A stretch of 64,000 bases of DNA from Patescibacteria group bacterium. GTDB taxonomy: Bacteria; Patescibacteriota; Microgenomatia; UBA1400; PJMF01. Shown here piece by piece: positions 10,511 to 19,440 of this stretch. The notes under the pieces are model-generated. The model did no database searches. It was given only the letters and a program-made list of their open reading frames with translations, and was not told the DNA's origin. Position 1 is the first letter of the stretch, and each line of letters begins with the position of its first letter. A program made the position numbers and the translations under genes. Location of the stretch: NCBI GenBank assembly GCA_049322575.1, contig JBMORQ010000003.1, forward strand, positions 17,719 to 81,718, given 5' to 3'.

Positions 10511-12076
10511 ATGTCTAAAAAGAAAATCAGCTTCGACACTGACAAAGTACCTATTTTTTCGTCGATAGCAATTGTTTTGGTGGTAGTTTTCTATTTGATC
10601 ATTCACCTAGCCAAATTAACCAACTTGCCAGTCTTTGCTGATGAGGCAATTTATATCCGCTGGACACAGCTAATCATGGATGACCCTGGTCGCTATTTAT
10701 TCTTCCCAATGAACGATGGTAAACCACCGCTTCACATGTGGCTAATGTTACCTTTCCAATACTTGTTTAACGATCAGCTTTACGCAGGTCGTTTTCTGTC
10801 AGTCTTAGTTGGCTTAGTGCAAATATTTGTACTGGCTGCCTTGGTCAGGTCCCTAGGAGGCAGGAAAAAAGCAACCTACCTGTCGATGATTTTTGGCTCT
10901 ATCGTACCTTTCTGGTATCTTCACCACAGAATGGCACTAATCGACGCCCTGATGACCTTGTTCTTAAGCCTCTGTCTACTCTTCCTGATAAAATTAAGCC
11001 AAAAAATAACCACCATACACGCGATTTTTGCTGGTTTGTTTTTTGGATTGGCTTTACTTTCAAAATTGCCCGCAATTTTATTTGTTTTTGCTTTTTCGAT
11101 TCTGGCGATACTGCTAAAGAAAAGAACAGAGTTGCCGCGTTATCTCTTTTTTACTGCGTTTAGTTTACTTTTTGGTCTAGTAGTTTTTGCATCTCTGAAA
11201 ATTCATCCTGCTTTTGGTCAGCTTTTTGCGAGGGGCGGGGATTTTCTATATCCTCTAAATGATTTTTTTACTGGTAAAACAATCCTTAGCTCTTTTGGCA
11301 ATCTACTAAGGTTTTCCGATTACATCTTGAGTTACCAGACTTGGCCTTTAGTTGTTTTTAGCTTTATTGGACTTTTTCAGCCCAAAACTCAAAAACAACA
11401 GTTCGTTCTCTGGCTATTAACACTAAGTTTTTTGGCTCCAATCGTCCTTTTGGGAAAAGTTGTTTATCCGCGTTATTTGCTACCGGTGGCAATTTTTATT
11501 ACCACTTCCGCTGTGATTGCCTTACAGGGCGTCTCCGAGACCGTCGCAAATCTATCTTCGATGCCAAAAAAAGCGGCTCTGAGTTTGCTAACCGTTTTCC
11601 TTATCTCAATAACAACTCAGCAGTCTGTTAATTTTATATATAACTCGATTAATGATTATGAGAAAATCCCTTTCAATATAGCTGATAAATCCCAGTATCT
11701 TTACGAATGGTCTGCGGGCTATGGCATCAAAGAAGTAACCTCATTTATTCAAGAAGCAGCTAGCAACCAGCGGGTTAGTATGGCCACTGAGGGTTATTTT
11801 GGAACGCTACCTGACGGCATTCTTATGTACTTGCATGCCAGAGACGTTTCCAATATTTTCGTGGAAGGAATCGGCCAACCAGTTATGCAGATTCCCGATA
11901 GTTTCGTAAAACAAGCAGCTGGATCAGATAGGGTCTTGCTCTTGGTCAACTCTCATCGACTAAAAATGTCTATGGATCAGTCAACTCTCTTGCGCGAATA
12001 TTGCAGACCTGCTAACCCTAATAGCTCTGATGGTCCCCAGTGTCTACAGCTTTGGGATATTACTCAAAAAATTTAA
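10511..12076 (+). CDS. GT-C fold (ArnT/PMT-like) membrane glycosyltransferase
   Basis: FADEAIY, DGKPPL, RMALID, LLSK, YPRYLLP; multi-TM. Confidence 0.8.
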   Translation: MSKKKISFDTDKVPIFSSIAIVLVVVFYLIIHLAKLTNLPVFADEAIYIRWTQLIMDDPGRYLFFPMNDGKPPLHMWLMLPFQYLFNDQLYAGRFLSVLVGLVQIFVLAALVRSLGGRKKATYLSMIFGSIVPFWYLHHRMALIDALMTLFLSLCLLFLIKLSQKITTIHAIFAGLFFGLALLSKLPAILFVFAFSILAILLKKRTELPRYLFFTAFSLLFGLVVFASLKIHPAFGQLFARGGDFLYPLNDFFTGKTILSSFGNLLRFSDYILSYQTWPLVVFSFIGLFQPKTQKQQFVLWLLTLSFLAPIVLLGKVVYPRYLLPVAIFITTSAVIALQGVSETVANLSSMPKKAALSLLTVFLISITTQQSVNFIYNSINDYEKIPFNIADKSQYLYEWSAGYGIKEVTSFIQEAASNQRVSMATEGYFGTLPDGILMYLHARDVSNIFVEGIGQPVMQIPDSFVKQAAGSDRVLLLVNSHRLKMSMDQSTLLREYCRPANPNSSDGPQCLQLWDITQKI

Positions 12077-12110
12077 TGTTTTTTTAATTTTCATCAGTTA
12101 TCTTAACTGT

Positions 12111-12764
12111 ATGCAATGGAATGAAAACCAAGTAATCTCATACAATCATTTACCATTACTCAAACATGCTCTAGCAACCCCACTTACAAGCATCCTGATC
12201 AACGCTGAGCAAGCCCTGGAAAGAACAAAACCCTCGGAGAAACAATTTCAACCCTTAAATGCCATTTATCACCAAACTCGACATGCTGTATCTATTCTCA
12301 AGATGGCTGATCACACCAGTCCATCTTTTACTAAATTCTCTTTAGAACATCTTCTAGGAGACTTAAAAATGATGTTTCCTCCAACTACAAACCGACAGCT
12401 TTTAGTTTTTTACCAGGTTAGTCATCAGGTCTTGATCGTCGGACCAAAAACTCATTTTCTAGAAGCATTAATTTGTTTGATTAACAACGCCTTTGAATCG
12501 TATCATCAAGAAAAAAACCAACTAGTCATGGTTAGTGCTATTAAAAAACAATTGTTTTTGGAAATTAAGATTGTTGACGCTGGCAGAGGTATAAATAAAA
12601 GCCTCAGGTCTCAACCAAGACTCAAATCTACTAAAGAAAATCACCTGGGAATTGGTTTGGCTTATGTTAAACACATCCTAACTTGGTACTTCCATGCTGA
12701 GCTTAAGATTGATACCAGGAAGAGGCTCGGCACAACCATTACAATTAACCTTCCTCTAAATTGA
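12111..12764 (+). CDS. Minimal histidine kinase (HisKA + HATPase only)
   Basis: H-box KHALATPLTSI, N-box LINNAFES, G1 DAGRGI, G2 LGIGLAY; start at MQWNE supported by TATCTT 6 nt upstream. Confidence 0.75.
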   Translation: MQWNENQVISYNHLPLLKHALATPLTSILINAEQALERTKPSEKQFQPLNAIYHQTRHAVSILKMADHTSPSFTKFSLEHLLGDLKMMFPPTTNRQLLVFYQVSHQVLIVGPKTHFLEALICLINNAFESYHQEKNQLVMVSAIKKQLFLEIKIVDAGRGINKSLRSQPRLKSTKENHLGIGLAYVKHILTWYFHAELKIDTRKRLGTTITINLPLN

Positions 12765-12890
12765 ACAATGTAGCTCAAGTCATTTTCGACCATTCCCAAG
12801 CACCAAACATCAGCCTGCTGAGCTCCACAAAAAATTACTCGCATCAGATTCCACTGCCGGATTTAGCCAGAATGACTTGCTTTGTCAAGC

Positions 12891-13661
12891 TTAACCAGCA
12901 AGCTCAACATCAAAAAAGCGATTTGATTGCCCCTGCTGAGTATAAGCACCATTGACTGAAGTCTGTTTTAAGTTTTGAGGTTCAGCCAAATAATAACCAT
13001 AGCCTCTGCTTGTCTGGATATACTTGCCAAAATTACCTAGACTCATACGAAGACGCCTAATATACACATCTATTGTTGAGCTAGTTGGTTGATCCTCCGT
13101 ACCAGGCCAGAGAGTTTGAACAATTTTTTCCCTGGACAAAATACTGTTGCGATTTTGCAATAAAAGCCTCAACAGTTGTGTCTCGGTGTATGATAGACGC
13201 AATTTACCCTGAGGTGTTTGTAAAACGCCGATCCGGTAGTAAAGGCTAAAATCACCAAAAGTAATTACTGGAACTAATTGTTTCTTTTTGCTTAGTAAAG
13301 ATTGAAGTCTGAGGGCAAATTCTTTAAGTGAGAACGGTTTGGCTAAATATTCATCAGCACCTAACGACAAACCCATGATCCGATCAAGCAAATGAGATCT
13401 CTGAGTTAAAATAAAAATCATGGTCTCAGGGAAGGTATGATTGATGTGACTGACCAGTTCCAAGCCGTCAGATTCACCAAGTTGACGATCTACAATAACC
13501 AAGTCAAAAGTTGATTCTTTTATGATATCAAATGCTCTCTCAAGACAATAGGCCTGGGCAACAAAATAATTTTTGCTAGTTAGATAGTTCCTCAGAGTGT
13601 TAGAAAGAACCAGGTCATCCTCAACTAGTAAGATTTTTCTGCTGTACAAAATCTTTGTCAT
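12891..13661 (-). CDS. OmpR/PhoB-family response regulator
   Basis: ILLVEDD, IVDRQL, GADEYLAKPF, wHTH TIDVYIRRLR and RGYGY; start chosen at MTKIL. Confidence 0.9.
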   Translation of the reverse strand: MTKILYSRKILLVEDDLVLSNTLRNYLTSKNYFVAQAYCLERAFDIIKESTFDLVIVDRQLGESDGLELVSHINHTFPETMIFILTQRSHLLDRIMGLSLGADEYLAKPFSLKEFALRLQSLLSKKKQLVPVITFGDFSLYYRIGVLQTPQGKLRLSYTETQLLRLLLQNRNSILSREKIVQTLWPGTEDQPTSSTIDVYIRRLRMSLGNFGKYIQTSRGYGYYLAEPQNLKQTSVNGAYTQQGQSNRFFDVELAG

Positions 13662-13851
13662 GACTGTCAATCTGATGTAAAATTTGATATACTTGCGGCC
13701 GCTTATAATCGCGGCTGGGTCGGCTTTGCCGATGGACTTACCACGATAGGGCATTCTGCTCACACTTGCTTGCAGAGAAGATCATAGATCAGCAATCTTA
13801 AAATAACATTAAATTTTCGTAGTCAAATCAAACTCGAGAATTTGCCACGAC

Positions 13852-13922
13852 TCCCGGATAGTGAAATGGCATCACAACAGGTTCTGACCCTGTTATTCTA
13901 GGTTCGAATCCTGGTCCGGGAT
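13852..13922 (+). tRNA. tRNA-Gln (CTG), no encoded CCA
   Basis: Acceptor TCCCGGA/TCCGGGA, anticodon arm ACAGG-TTCTGAC-CCTGT, T arm GGTTCGAATCC. Confidence 0.93.
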
Positions 13923-14062
13923 CAAAAGTTGGCGTCAGGTAAGTTGAATTGCTACTTCATCACCTAGCTTGTTTAATTGGTTAGATTGACTTCCATTAAA
14001 ATGCATTCCATTTCCAAAAAAATCCCCCTCAACAAATCACGGCATTTTCGTATAATGATCGC

Positions 14063-14932
14063 ATGAGCGATGATAAATTTTCAGCAGTATGGGTTTCGCA
14101 TACTTCAATCAGTGACTTTCTTAAGTGTCCACGAGCCTACTACCTCAAAAACGTTTACAAAGATCCAAAAACAAAACACAAAGTTCAATTAATGAGTCCT
14201 TCTTTAGCTCTAGGACAAGTTGTACACGAAGTCTTGGAAAATCTATCCAATTTGCCGACTCAGGATCGATTCAAACAATCATTAGTCGAAAAGTTTGACA
14301 TAAGTTGGAAAAAGATCTCGGGACGACGTGGTGGATTTAGTAATGAATCTCAAGAACAGTCATTTAAAAAACGTGGTGAGGAAATGATGAGGAAAATCAT
14401 TAACGACCCAGGCCCATTGGCTAGGTTGGCGGTTAAAATCACAGAAGACCTGCCGCATTATTGGTTATCCCAAGAACAAAATATCATTTTATGTGGCAAA
14501 ATTGATTGGCTGGAGTATTTGCCCAAAACTGATTCGGTGCGGATAATCGATTTTAAAACTTCCAAAACCGAGGAAAATGATGGTTCCTTACAACTACCAA
14601 TCTACAATCTGCTAGTCAATAACACCCAGAAGAGAAGGGTTGATGGGCTGGCCTACTGGTATCTGGATCTTAACGTCGGCATGGTAGATAAACAACTTCC
14701 CACGCTCGAAGAATCTCAGGAAAAAGTTCTAACTATAGCTAAGCAGATCAAGCTAGCCCGCCAGCTGAACCGTTTCCGTTGCCCACAGGGAGAAGCCGGT
14801 TGTTATGCTTGCCGCCCTTTTGAAAAAATTATCAAAGGTGAAGCCGAGTTTGTAGGTAATAACCAATACAACCAAGACATCTACATCTTGAGAAACCAAG
14901 ACAATCCAACTAACGACAGTGTTCTGCTGTAA
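14063..14932 (+). CDS. PD-(D/E)XK nuclease (RecB/AddB/Cas4-like)
   Basis: SHTSI..FLKCPRAYY, GQVVHEVLE, GKIDWL...IIDFKT, QLPIY. Confidence 0.85.
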   Translation: MSDDKFSAVWVSHTSISDFLKCPRAYYLKNVYKDPKTKHKVQLMSPSLALGQVVHEVLENLSNLPTQDRFKQSLVEKFDISWKKISGRRGGFSNESQEQSFKKRGEEMMRKIINDPGPLARLAVKITEDLPHYWLSQEQNIILCGKIDWLEYLPKTDSVRIIDFKTSKTEENDGSLQLPIYNLLVNNTQKRRVDGLAYWYLDLNVGMVDKQLPTLEESQEKVLTIAKQIKLARQLNRFRCPQGEAGCYACRPFEKIIKGEAEFVGNNQYNQDIYILRNQDNPTNDSVLL

Positions 14933-14944
14933 TCTTGTAAATAA

Positions 14945-15946
14945 CTATATCTCCAGCATGTAATAGATTCCAACGCTTTCCGATGGTACTTTGCTGCTTA
15001 GATTCCTCAACCATTGAGGTGAAGTTGATTGCAAAATCGACTCAAACAAGCTCAGAGTCGAGTATTCAGCGATGCTGGGATTATCTAAGTCTGCCATTTG
15101 CTGGATCATCTCTAAAGCCTGATCTTGATTGGCAAAACCGTCGATTAGACCATTTTGCTCGGCCTGTTTGCCTGTGTAAACCCGCCCATCAGCTAAGGCA
15201 CGAACCTTACTCTCATCCATTCTCCGACCAACGGCCACAGCTTTTACAAACTGCTCATAGGAATCACTAATTATGCCTTGAAATATCTTGCGTTCGTCTT
15301 CATTCATCTCACGGAAAGGTGATCCGATGTCCTTGTAATCTGATGATTTAAAAACTCTCATCTCAACCCCAACCTTCTTCATAAGTTCGGAATACTGAGG
15401 TAATTGAGCAATTACGCCAATCGAACCGGTTAAGGTAGCGGGATTTGCGACTATCTTGTCAGCTGGAGCCGAGATATAGTAACCACCCGATGCAGCCACA
15501 TCACTAAACCTGGCTATGACTACTTTTTTTGCTGCTAACTCGGCTACCTGTTGATAAATATCATCGGAAGCAACGACTCCACCACCGGGGCTATTAACAT
15601 TGAGCAAAACCCCTTTGACATTATCATCTTCCTCCAGTTGTTTGAGTAATGCGATTACTCGACTTGCGTCAATGCCTGTGCTGGCCATGAGACCTCCATT
15701 TGAATCCGGATAGGCGATTACTCCGGTGAGATTGACAACGGCTACAGTTTGGTCAAGACTTCCAGATTTAATAGGTTTGCTCGGAAAACTCATCGGGCCT
15801 GAGGTATTGGCTGGTAAAACTGCTAGTAAAAGTGCGACGTATAAAGCAAAAACTACTACGAATGAACCAACTATTGCGGTCAAGCCTTTCCATAAAAACT
15901 TAATCACCCCCGCCAAAGAACGCATAATTTCAGTAAATTTTTGCAT
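14945..15946 (-). CDS. sppA: Signal peptide peptidase (S49)
   Basis: NSPGGGVVAS, AASGGYYIS, TGSIGVI, ADGRVYTG. Confidence 0.95.
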   Translation of the reverse strand: MQKFTEIMRSLAGVIKFLWKGLTAIVGSFVVVFALYVALLLAVLPANTSGPMSFPSKPIKSGSLDQTVAVVNLTGVIAYPDSNGGLMASTGIDASRVIALLKQLEEDDNVKGVLLNVNSPGGGVVASDDIYQQVAELAAKKVVIARFSDVAASGGYYISAPADKIVANPATLTGSIGVIAQLPQYSELMKKVGVEMRVFKSSDYKDIGSPFREMNEDERKIFQGIISDSYEQFVKAVAVGRRMDESKVRALADGRVYTGKQAEQNGLIDGFANQDQALEMIQQMADLDNPSIAEYSTLSLFESILQSTSPQWLRNLSSKVPSESVGIYYMLEI

Positions 15947-15983
15947 AAAACCTTGTCACCTAGTAACCTTTATACCACTTAAA

Positions 15984-17414
15984 TTAATTAGCAAAAGTTA
16001 AAAGTTCTGGCTTGAATAGCATAGCCAAACCAATCAGTAACATCAAGATGCCCCCAATTAAATGAGAATAGCGGGCATATTTGGTATCAACCCCTATTGA
16101 TTTTAATGTCACCATGGCTATAAGGAAAACCACCAAATCATCCAACATAAAAACCACGATATAAAAAATCATATATAAATAGTACTGCCAGGTTGGTAAG
16201 TTATTGATAGTTAGAAGTTGGGTAAAAACAGCCGGCAATCCTGCCGAGCACACCAGCTCAACAGCGTTAACCGCTACAGCCAAGACAGCAATTCCAGCCA
16301 TCGAGATCAACAGCGACTGCCGATGAGCAATTTCTCTTAGTTTCTCAAAGACCTGTCGTTTCTTACCACCGACATCAACTTTGCACGCACCATCCTTGTT
16401 CTTGTAGAAATCCCACAAGTAATAGCCGGCTGCGGCTAAGGCCGTGATGCCAATCACCACTCTAATCCAGGTAACATATCCCACAAATAAAAATAAATTT
16501 AGCCAAGCTGTGAGGAACAAGAAATAGATAAAACCTGATATAAAAATAAACGTACTACCAAGTAGCAACATGCGCTTACGGTCTCCCATACCTAATAGCA
16601 GTGATATTAGAAAGATTAAAGTCCACATGGCACAAGGATTGAAACCATCTAGAAAAGCTAGTACGAAGGTTACAATTGGCAAGGACATTTGTGATAAATT
16701 CAGCTCACCAAAAATTGGCAACTTGGTCAAGTGAGATGATCCAGTACTAGAAGACGTTTTAGCTGAGTTTTGGCCTTCTACTCTGTTCTCCTCAGCAATT
16801 TCACTAATAACAGGCACTAGATTGTACTCGGTGATTGTTTCAGAAACCAAATCAACCGTGCTGTTGTCAGTTTGATCGATTACCAACGCCAAAATATCCC
16901 AACCCGTCGTCTCTGGATCAGAGAAGCCAACGATATATTGATCACCAATGACTGTAAATGGAACACCGCCTGACTTGGCACCAAGCTTTTCAGCCACTTT
17001 CTTGACCAGCTTACTATTGGATGGTTGTGAAACCTCGTAGTCCAGAATCCTTAAATCAGGCAGCTGTTTTTTTAGCATTTGTAAAAAAGCTTTTTCTTCG
17101 CGACAGTGTGGACATGTTTTTGAGGAAAAAAGATGAACAACAACTTGTTGTGTTTTTTCTGTGGAGTCAATGTCAGAAGCCGACCGGCTGGCCTGCCCAC
17201 TCACCGATAAATCTATGACTTGGGCATCCAACGAGGCTGTTCCCTGCACGGGGACCGAACCAGCATCGATAACTGCTGGAGTGCTTGCCCAAACATTTCT
17301 CGGCACAAACAGAACCGATGTAAGGATAAAGCAACAGATCCAAGCTAAAGAGATTCCGACCGTTAATTTAGCTTTGTGAGACTTTGTTGCAAAGGCCATA
17401 AATAATTCTTCCAT
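15984..17414 (-). CDS. Thioredoxin/glutaredoxin domain fused to CcdA/DsbD-like membrane domain
   Basis: CPHC and GVPF, then TM domain with DGFNPCA and ELVCSAG. Confidence 0.8.
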   Translation of the reverse strand: MEELFMAFATKSHKAKLTVGISLAWICCFILTSVLFVPRNVWASTPAVIDAGSVPVQGTASLDAQVIDLSVSGQASRSASDIDSTEKTQQVVVHLFSSKTCPHCREEKAFLQMLKKQLPDLRILDYEVSQPSNSKLVKKVAEKLGAKSGGVPFTVIGDQYIVGFSDPETTGWDILALVIDQTDNSTVDLVSETITEYNLVPVISEIAEENRVEGQNSAKTSSSTGSSHLTKLPIFGELNLSQMSLPIVTFVLAFLDGFNPCAMWTLIFLISLLLGMGDRKRMLLLGSTFIFISGFIYFLFLTAWLNLFLFVGYVTWIRVVIGITALAAAGYYLWDFYKNKDGACKVDVGGKKRQVFEKLREIAHRQSLLISMAGIAVLAVAVNAVELVCSAGLPAVFTQLLTINNLPTWQYYLYMIFYIVVFMLDDLVVFLIAMVTLKSIGVDTKYARYSHLIGGILMLLIGLAMLFKPELLTFAN

Positions 17415-17429
17415 GATCCAACCATTTCT

Positions 17430-18203
17430 TTAAAGTTTCTTTAGTATAACAAACCGACTTTTGCTGAAACTATCTTTTACCATAGTCAAGGCAAACGCCT
17501 CGATTCCCTTTATCTCCAATAAAATCTTTTCATTATGAAAGCAATCAACTTCAAGAATTGCCTCTCCGCCGGTAACTAAGTGAACTGCAAGCTGAGGGAT
17601 CAATTCTGAAATCAACTTTAATCCGTCTTCACCACCATCTAGGGCTAACCATGGCTCATAATCCTTAACAGAAGCATCGAGATGTCGAATCCTTCCAGAT
17701 GGAATGTATGGTAGGTTGGCAGTCACTAAATCAAAGGTTTCATCTGAAAAATCAGACATCAAATCGCTTTTTTCCAGTCTGATAAGCTTCTTGAGAGTCG
17801 GGAAGCGCTGGAGGTTGGCTGCTGCTACTCTCAGGGCATTTGAAGAAACATCACTTGCCACAAAACTCGCTTCAAGCTTTTTTTGCAAGCAAAAGTCAGC
17901 CATAGCCAAAACTATCGCTCCGCTACCTGTGCCGATGTCTGCAATTTTTAACGGCCTCTTCTGGGTTTGCCAATGCTTCATGATTATTTTTTGAGCCATC
18001 TCGGCCAATTCCTCAGTTTCTACTCTGGGAATTAGCACTTGGTTATTTACGACTAACTCTAGGCCCATAAAATCAACAAAGCCGGTGATATACTCAACTG
18101 GCATCTCTCCGTACTTATTGAGCTCAGTTGAAGTGAGACCATGCTTTGACAGATGACTCTTTTCGTATGCAGAAAAACTACGATTTTTTTTATTTTTGCT
18201 CAT
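17430..18203 (-). CDS. prmC: Release factor glutamine methyltransferase (HemK), short N-terminus
   Basis: PVEYITG, VLIPRVETE, DIGTGSG, ANLPYI, EPWLALDGG. Confidence 0.9.
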   Translation of the reverse strand: MSKNKKNRSFSAYEKSHLSKHGLTSTELNKYGEMPVEYITGFVDFMGLELVVNNQVLIPRVETEELAEMAQKIIMKHWQTQKRPLKIADIGTGSGAIVLAMADFCLQKKLEASFVASDVSSNALRVAAANLQRFPTLKKLIRLEKSDLMSDFSDETFDLVTANLPYIPSGRIRHLDASVKDYEPWLALDGGEDGLKLISELIPQLAVHLVTGGEAILEVDCFHNEKILLEIKGIEAFALTMVKDSFSKSRFVILKKL

Positions 18204-18436
18204 ATAATTTGCGTCAAACAATTCAGTGTTTGAAATTCCAGGTTTTAACTGACAAAAAAACACTCAACAAAATCAGTTGGCTAAAGTGTAACAAAGCTTA
18301 ACAAAATAGAGCCTTGTTTTTTTGTTTAAGATGTATAAAGATAGGCACTATCTTATCAATTATTAAAGCATTGTGGTGAGGTATTTTTTAAGCGAATATT
18401 AAGAAAACTTATCACAAGCATAATTAAAAGCTAAAT

Positions 18437-19318
18437 ATGCCTAGAAAAGCATCCAAAACCAAATCAACAACTGCCAAACCATCCGTCGGGCAAGTTAGTG
18501 TTAAAACAGCCAGCAACCCGATCGTTGATTCTCAGACAAGTAGTGTCTCAACACAATATTCATTTGCTACATTGATAAACTTCATCAATACTAACTTTAC
18601 TATCATCTTCTTGATGGGCATCTTTTTCATCGTTGGTTTCTTGTTCGGCTCTCTATGGACCGAGAATCAAATGATGAAAAACGGTAGTATCAGTGGTAAT
18701 AACAACCAACCAACAAACAACGTAGCCCAAGCCCCAGTTGATAACGGCCCAACCGAAGAAACTCTTAAGAAAGTACCGAAAGTCTCAAAGGACGATCATG
18801 TGCTTGGAGCCAAGAACCCCAAGGTTACCTTGATTGAATACTCGGATTATGAGTGTCCATTCTGCAACCGTTTCCAACCAACAATGCACCAGATAATAGA
18901 AAAGTACCCCGATGATGTTGCCTGGGTATATCGTCATTATCCTCTGGCCTTCCATCCTAGCGCCCAAAAAAGTGCCGAAGCTGGAGAGTGTGTCGCCAAG
19001 TATGGTGGAAATGAGGCTTTCTGGCAGTTTTCAGATTTATTATTCGACCGAGTTGCCAACAACGTTCCGGATGCGCTGGCTATAGAAGTCCTACCAAAAC
19101 TAGCATCGGACATTGGTGTGAGCGCCGGCAAAGTTGAGAAATGCATTTCCAGCGGTGAGATGGCAGACAAAGTTAAAGACATGATGGAAAAAGGTCAAGC
19201 TGCCGGTATTTCAGGAACTCCAGGCACAATACTGGTTACTAAAGACGGCAAGTATGAACTAGTCCCAGGAGCTCTTCCATTTGAACAAGTTAGTGCTATG
19301 GTTGAGAAATATTTGTAA
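18437..19318 (+). CDS. dsbA: Membrane-anchored DsbA-family thiol-disulfide oxidoreductase
   Basis: One [28 protein letters not shown]. Confidence 0.88.
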   Translation: MPRKASKTKSTTAKPSVGQVSVKTASNPIVDSQTSSVSTQYSFATLINFINTNFTIIFLMGIFFIVGFLFGSLWTENQMMKNGSISGNNNQPTNNVAQAPVDNGPTEETLKKVPKVSKDDHVLGAKNPKVTLIEYSDYECPFCNRFQPTMHQIIEKYPDDVAWVYRHYPLAFHPSAQKSAEAGECVAKYGGNEAFWQFSDLLFDRVANNVPDALAIEVLPKLASDIGVSAGKVEKCISSGEMADKVKDMMEKGQAAGISGTPGTILVTKDGKYELVPGALPFEQVSAMVEKYL

Positions 19319-19327
19319 GCTTTAAGT

Positions 19328-19357
19328 GATTTGCTGCGCAATAGAGCGCAGCAAATC
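19328..19357. terminator. Hairpin between convergent dsbA and recJ
   Basis: GATTTGCTGCGC-aataga-GCGCAGCAAATC, a perfect 12-bp stem. Confidence 0.7.
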
Positions 19358-19440
19358 TGTCTTTGATATTACACTTGGAGTGGAATAATATTTTGTAATA
19401 GAAATATTATTTGGCAGGAACTCGATTACAAGGTAATTGC

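Noticed and set aside
13661-13763. N-terminal extension of the response regulator in the ORF track
   Set aside because: Receiver domain starts near MTKIL; the extension overlaps a likely promoter/RNA region
13717-13770. GGGTCGGC start resembling an HDV-like ribozyme, and ZTP/c-di-GMP riboswitch fragments
   Set aside because: Required pseudoknot pairings and conserved cores could not be built; kept only as an unclassified structured RNA candidate
14063-14932. Cas4-like gene as sign of a CRISPR-Cas locus
   Set aside because: No repeat-spacer array or other cas genes anywhere in the window
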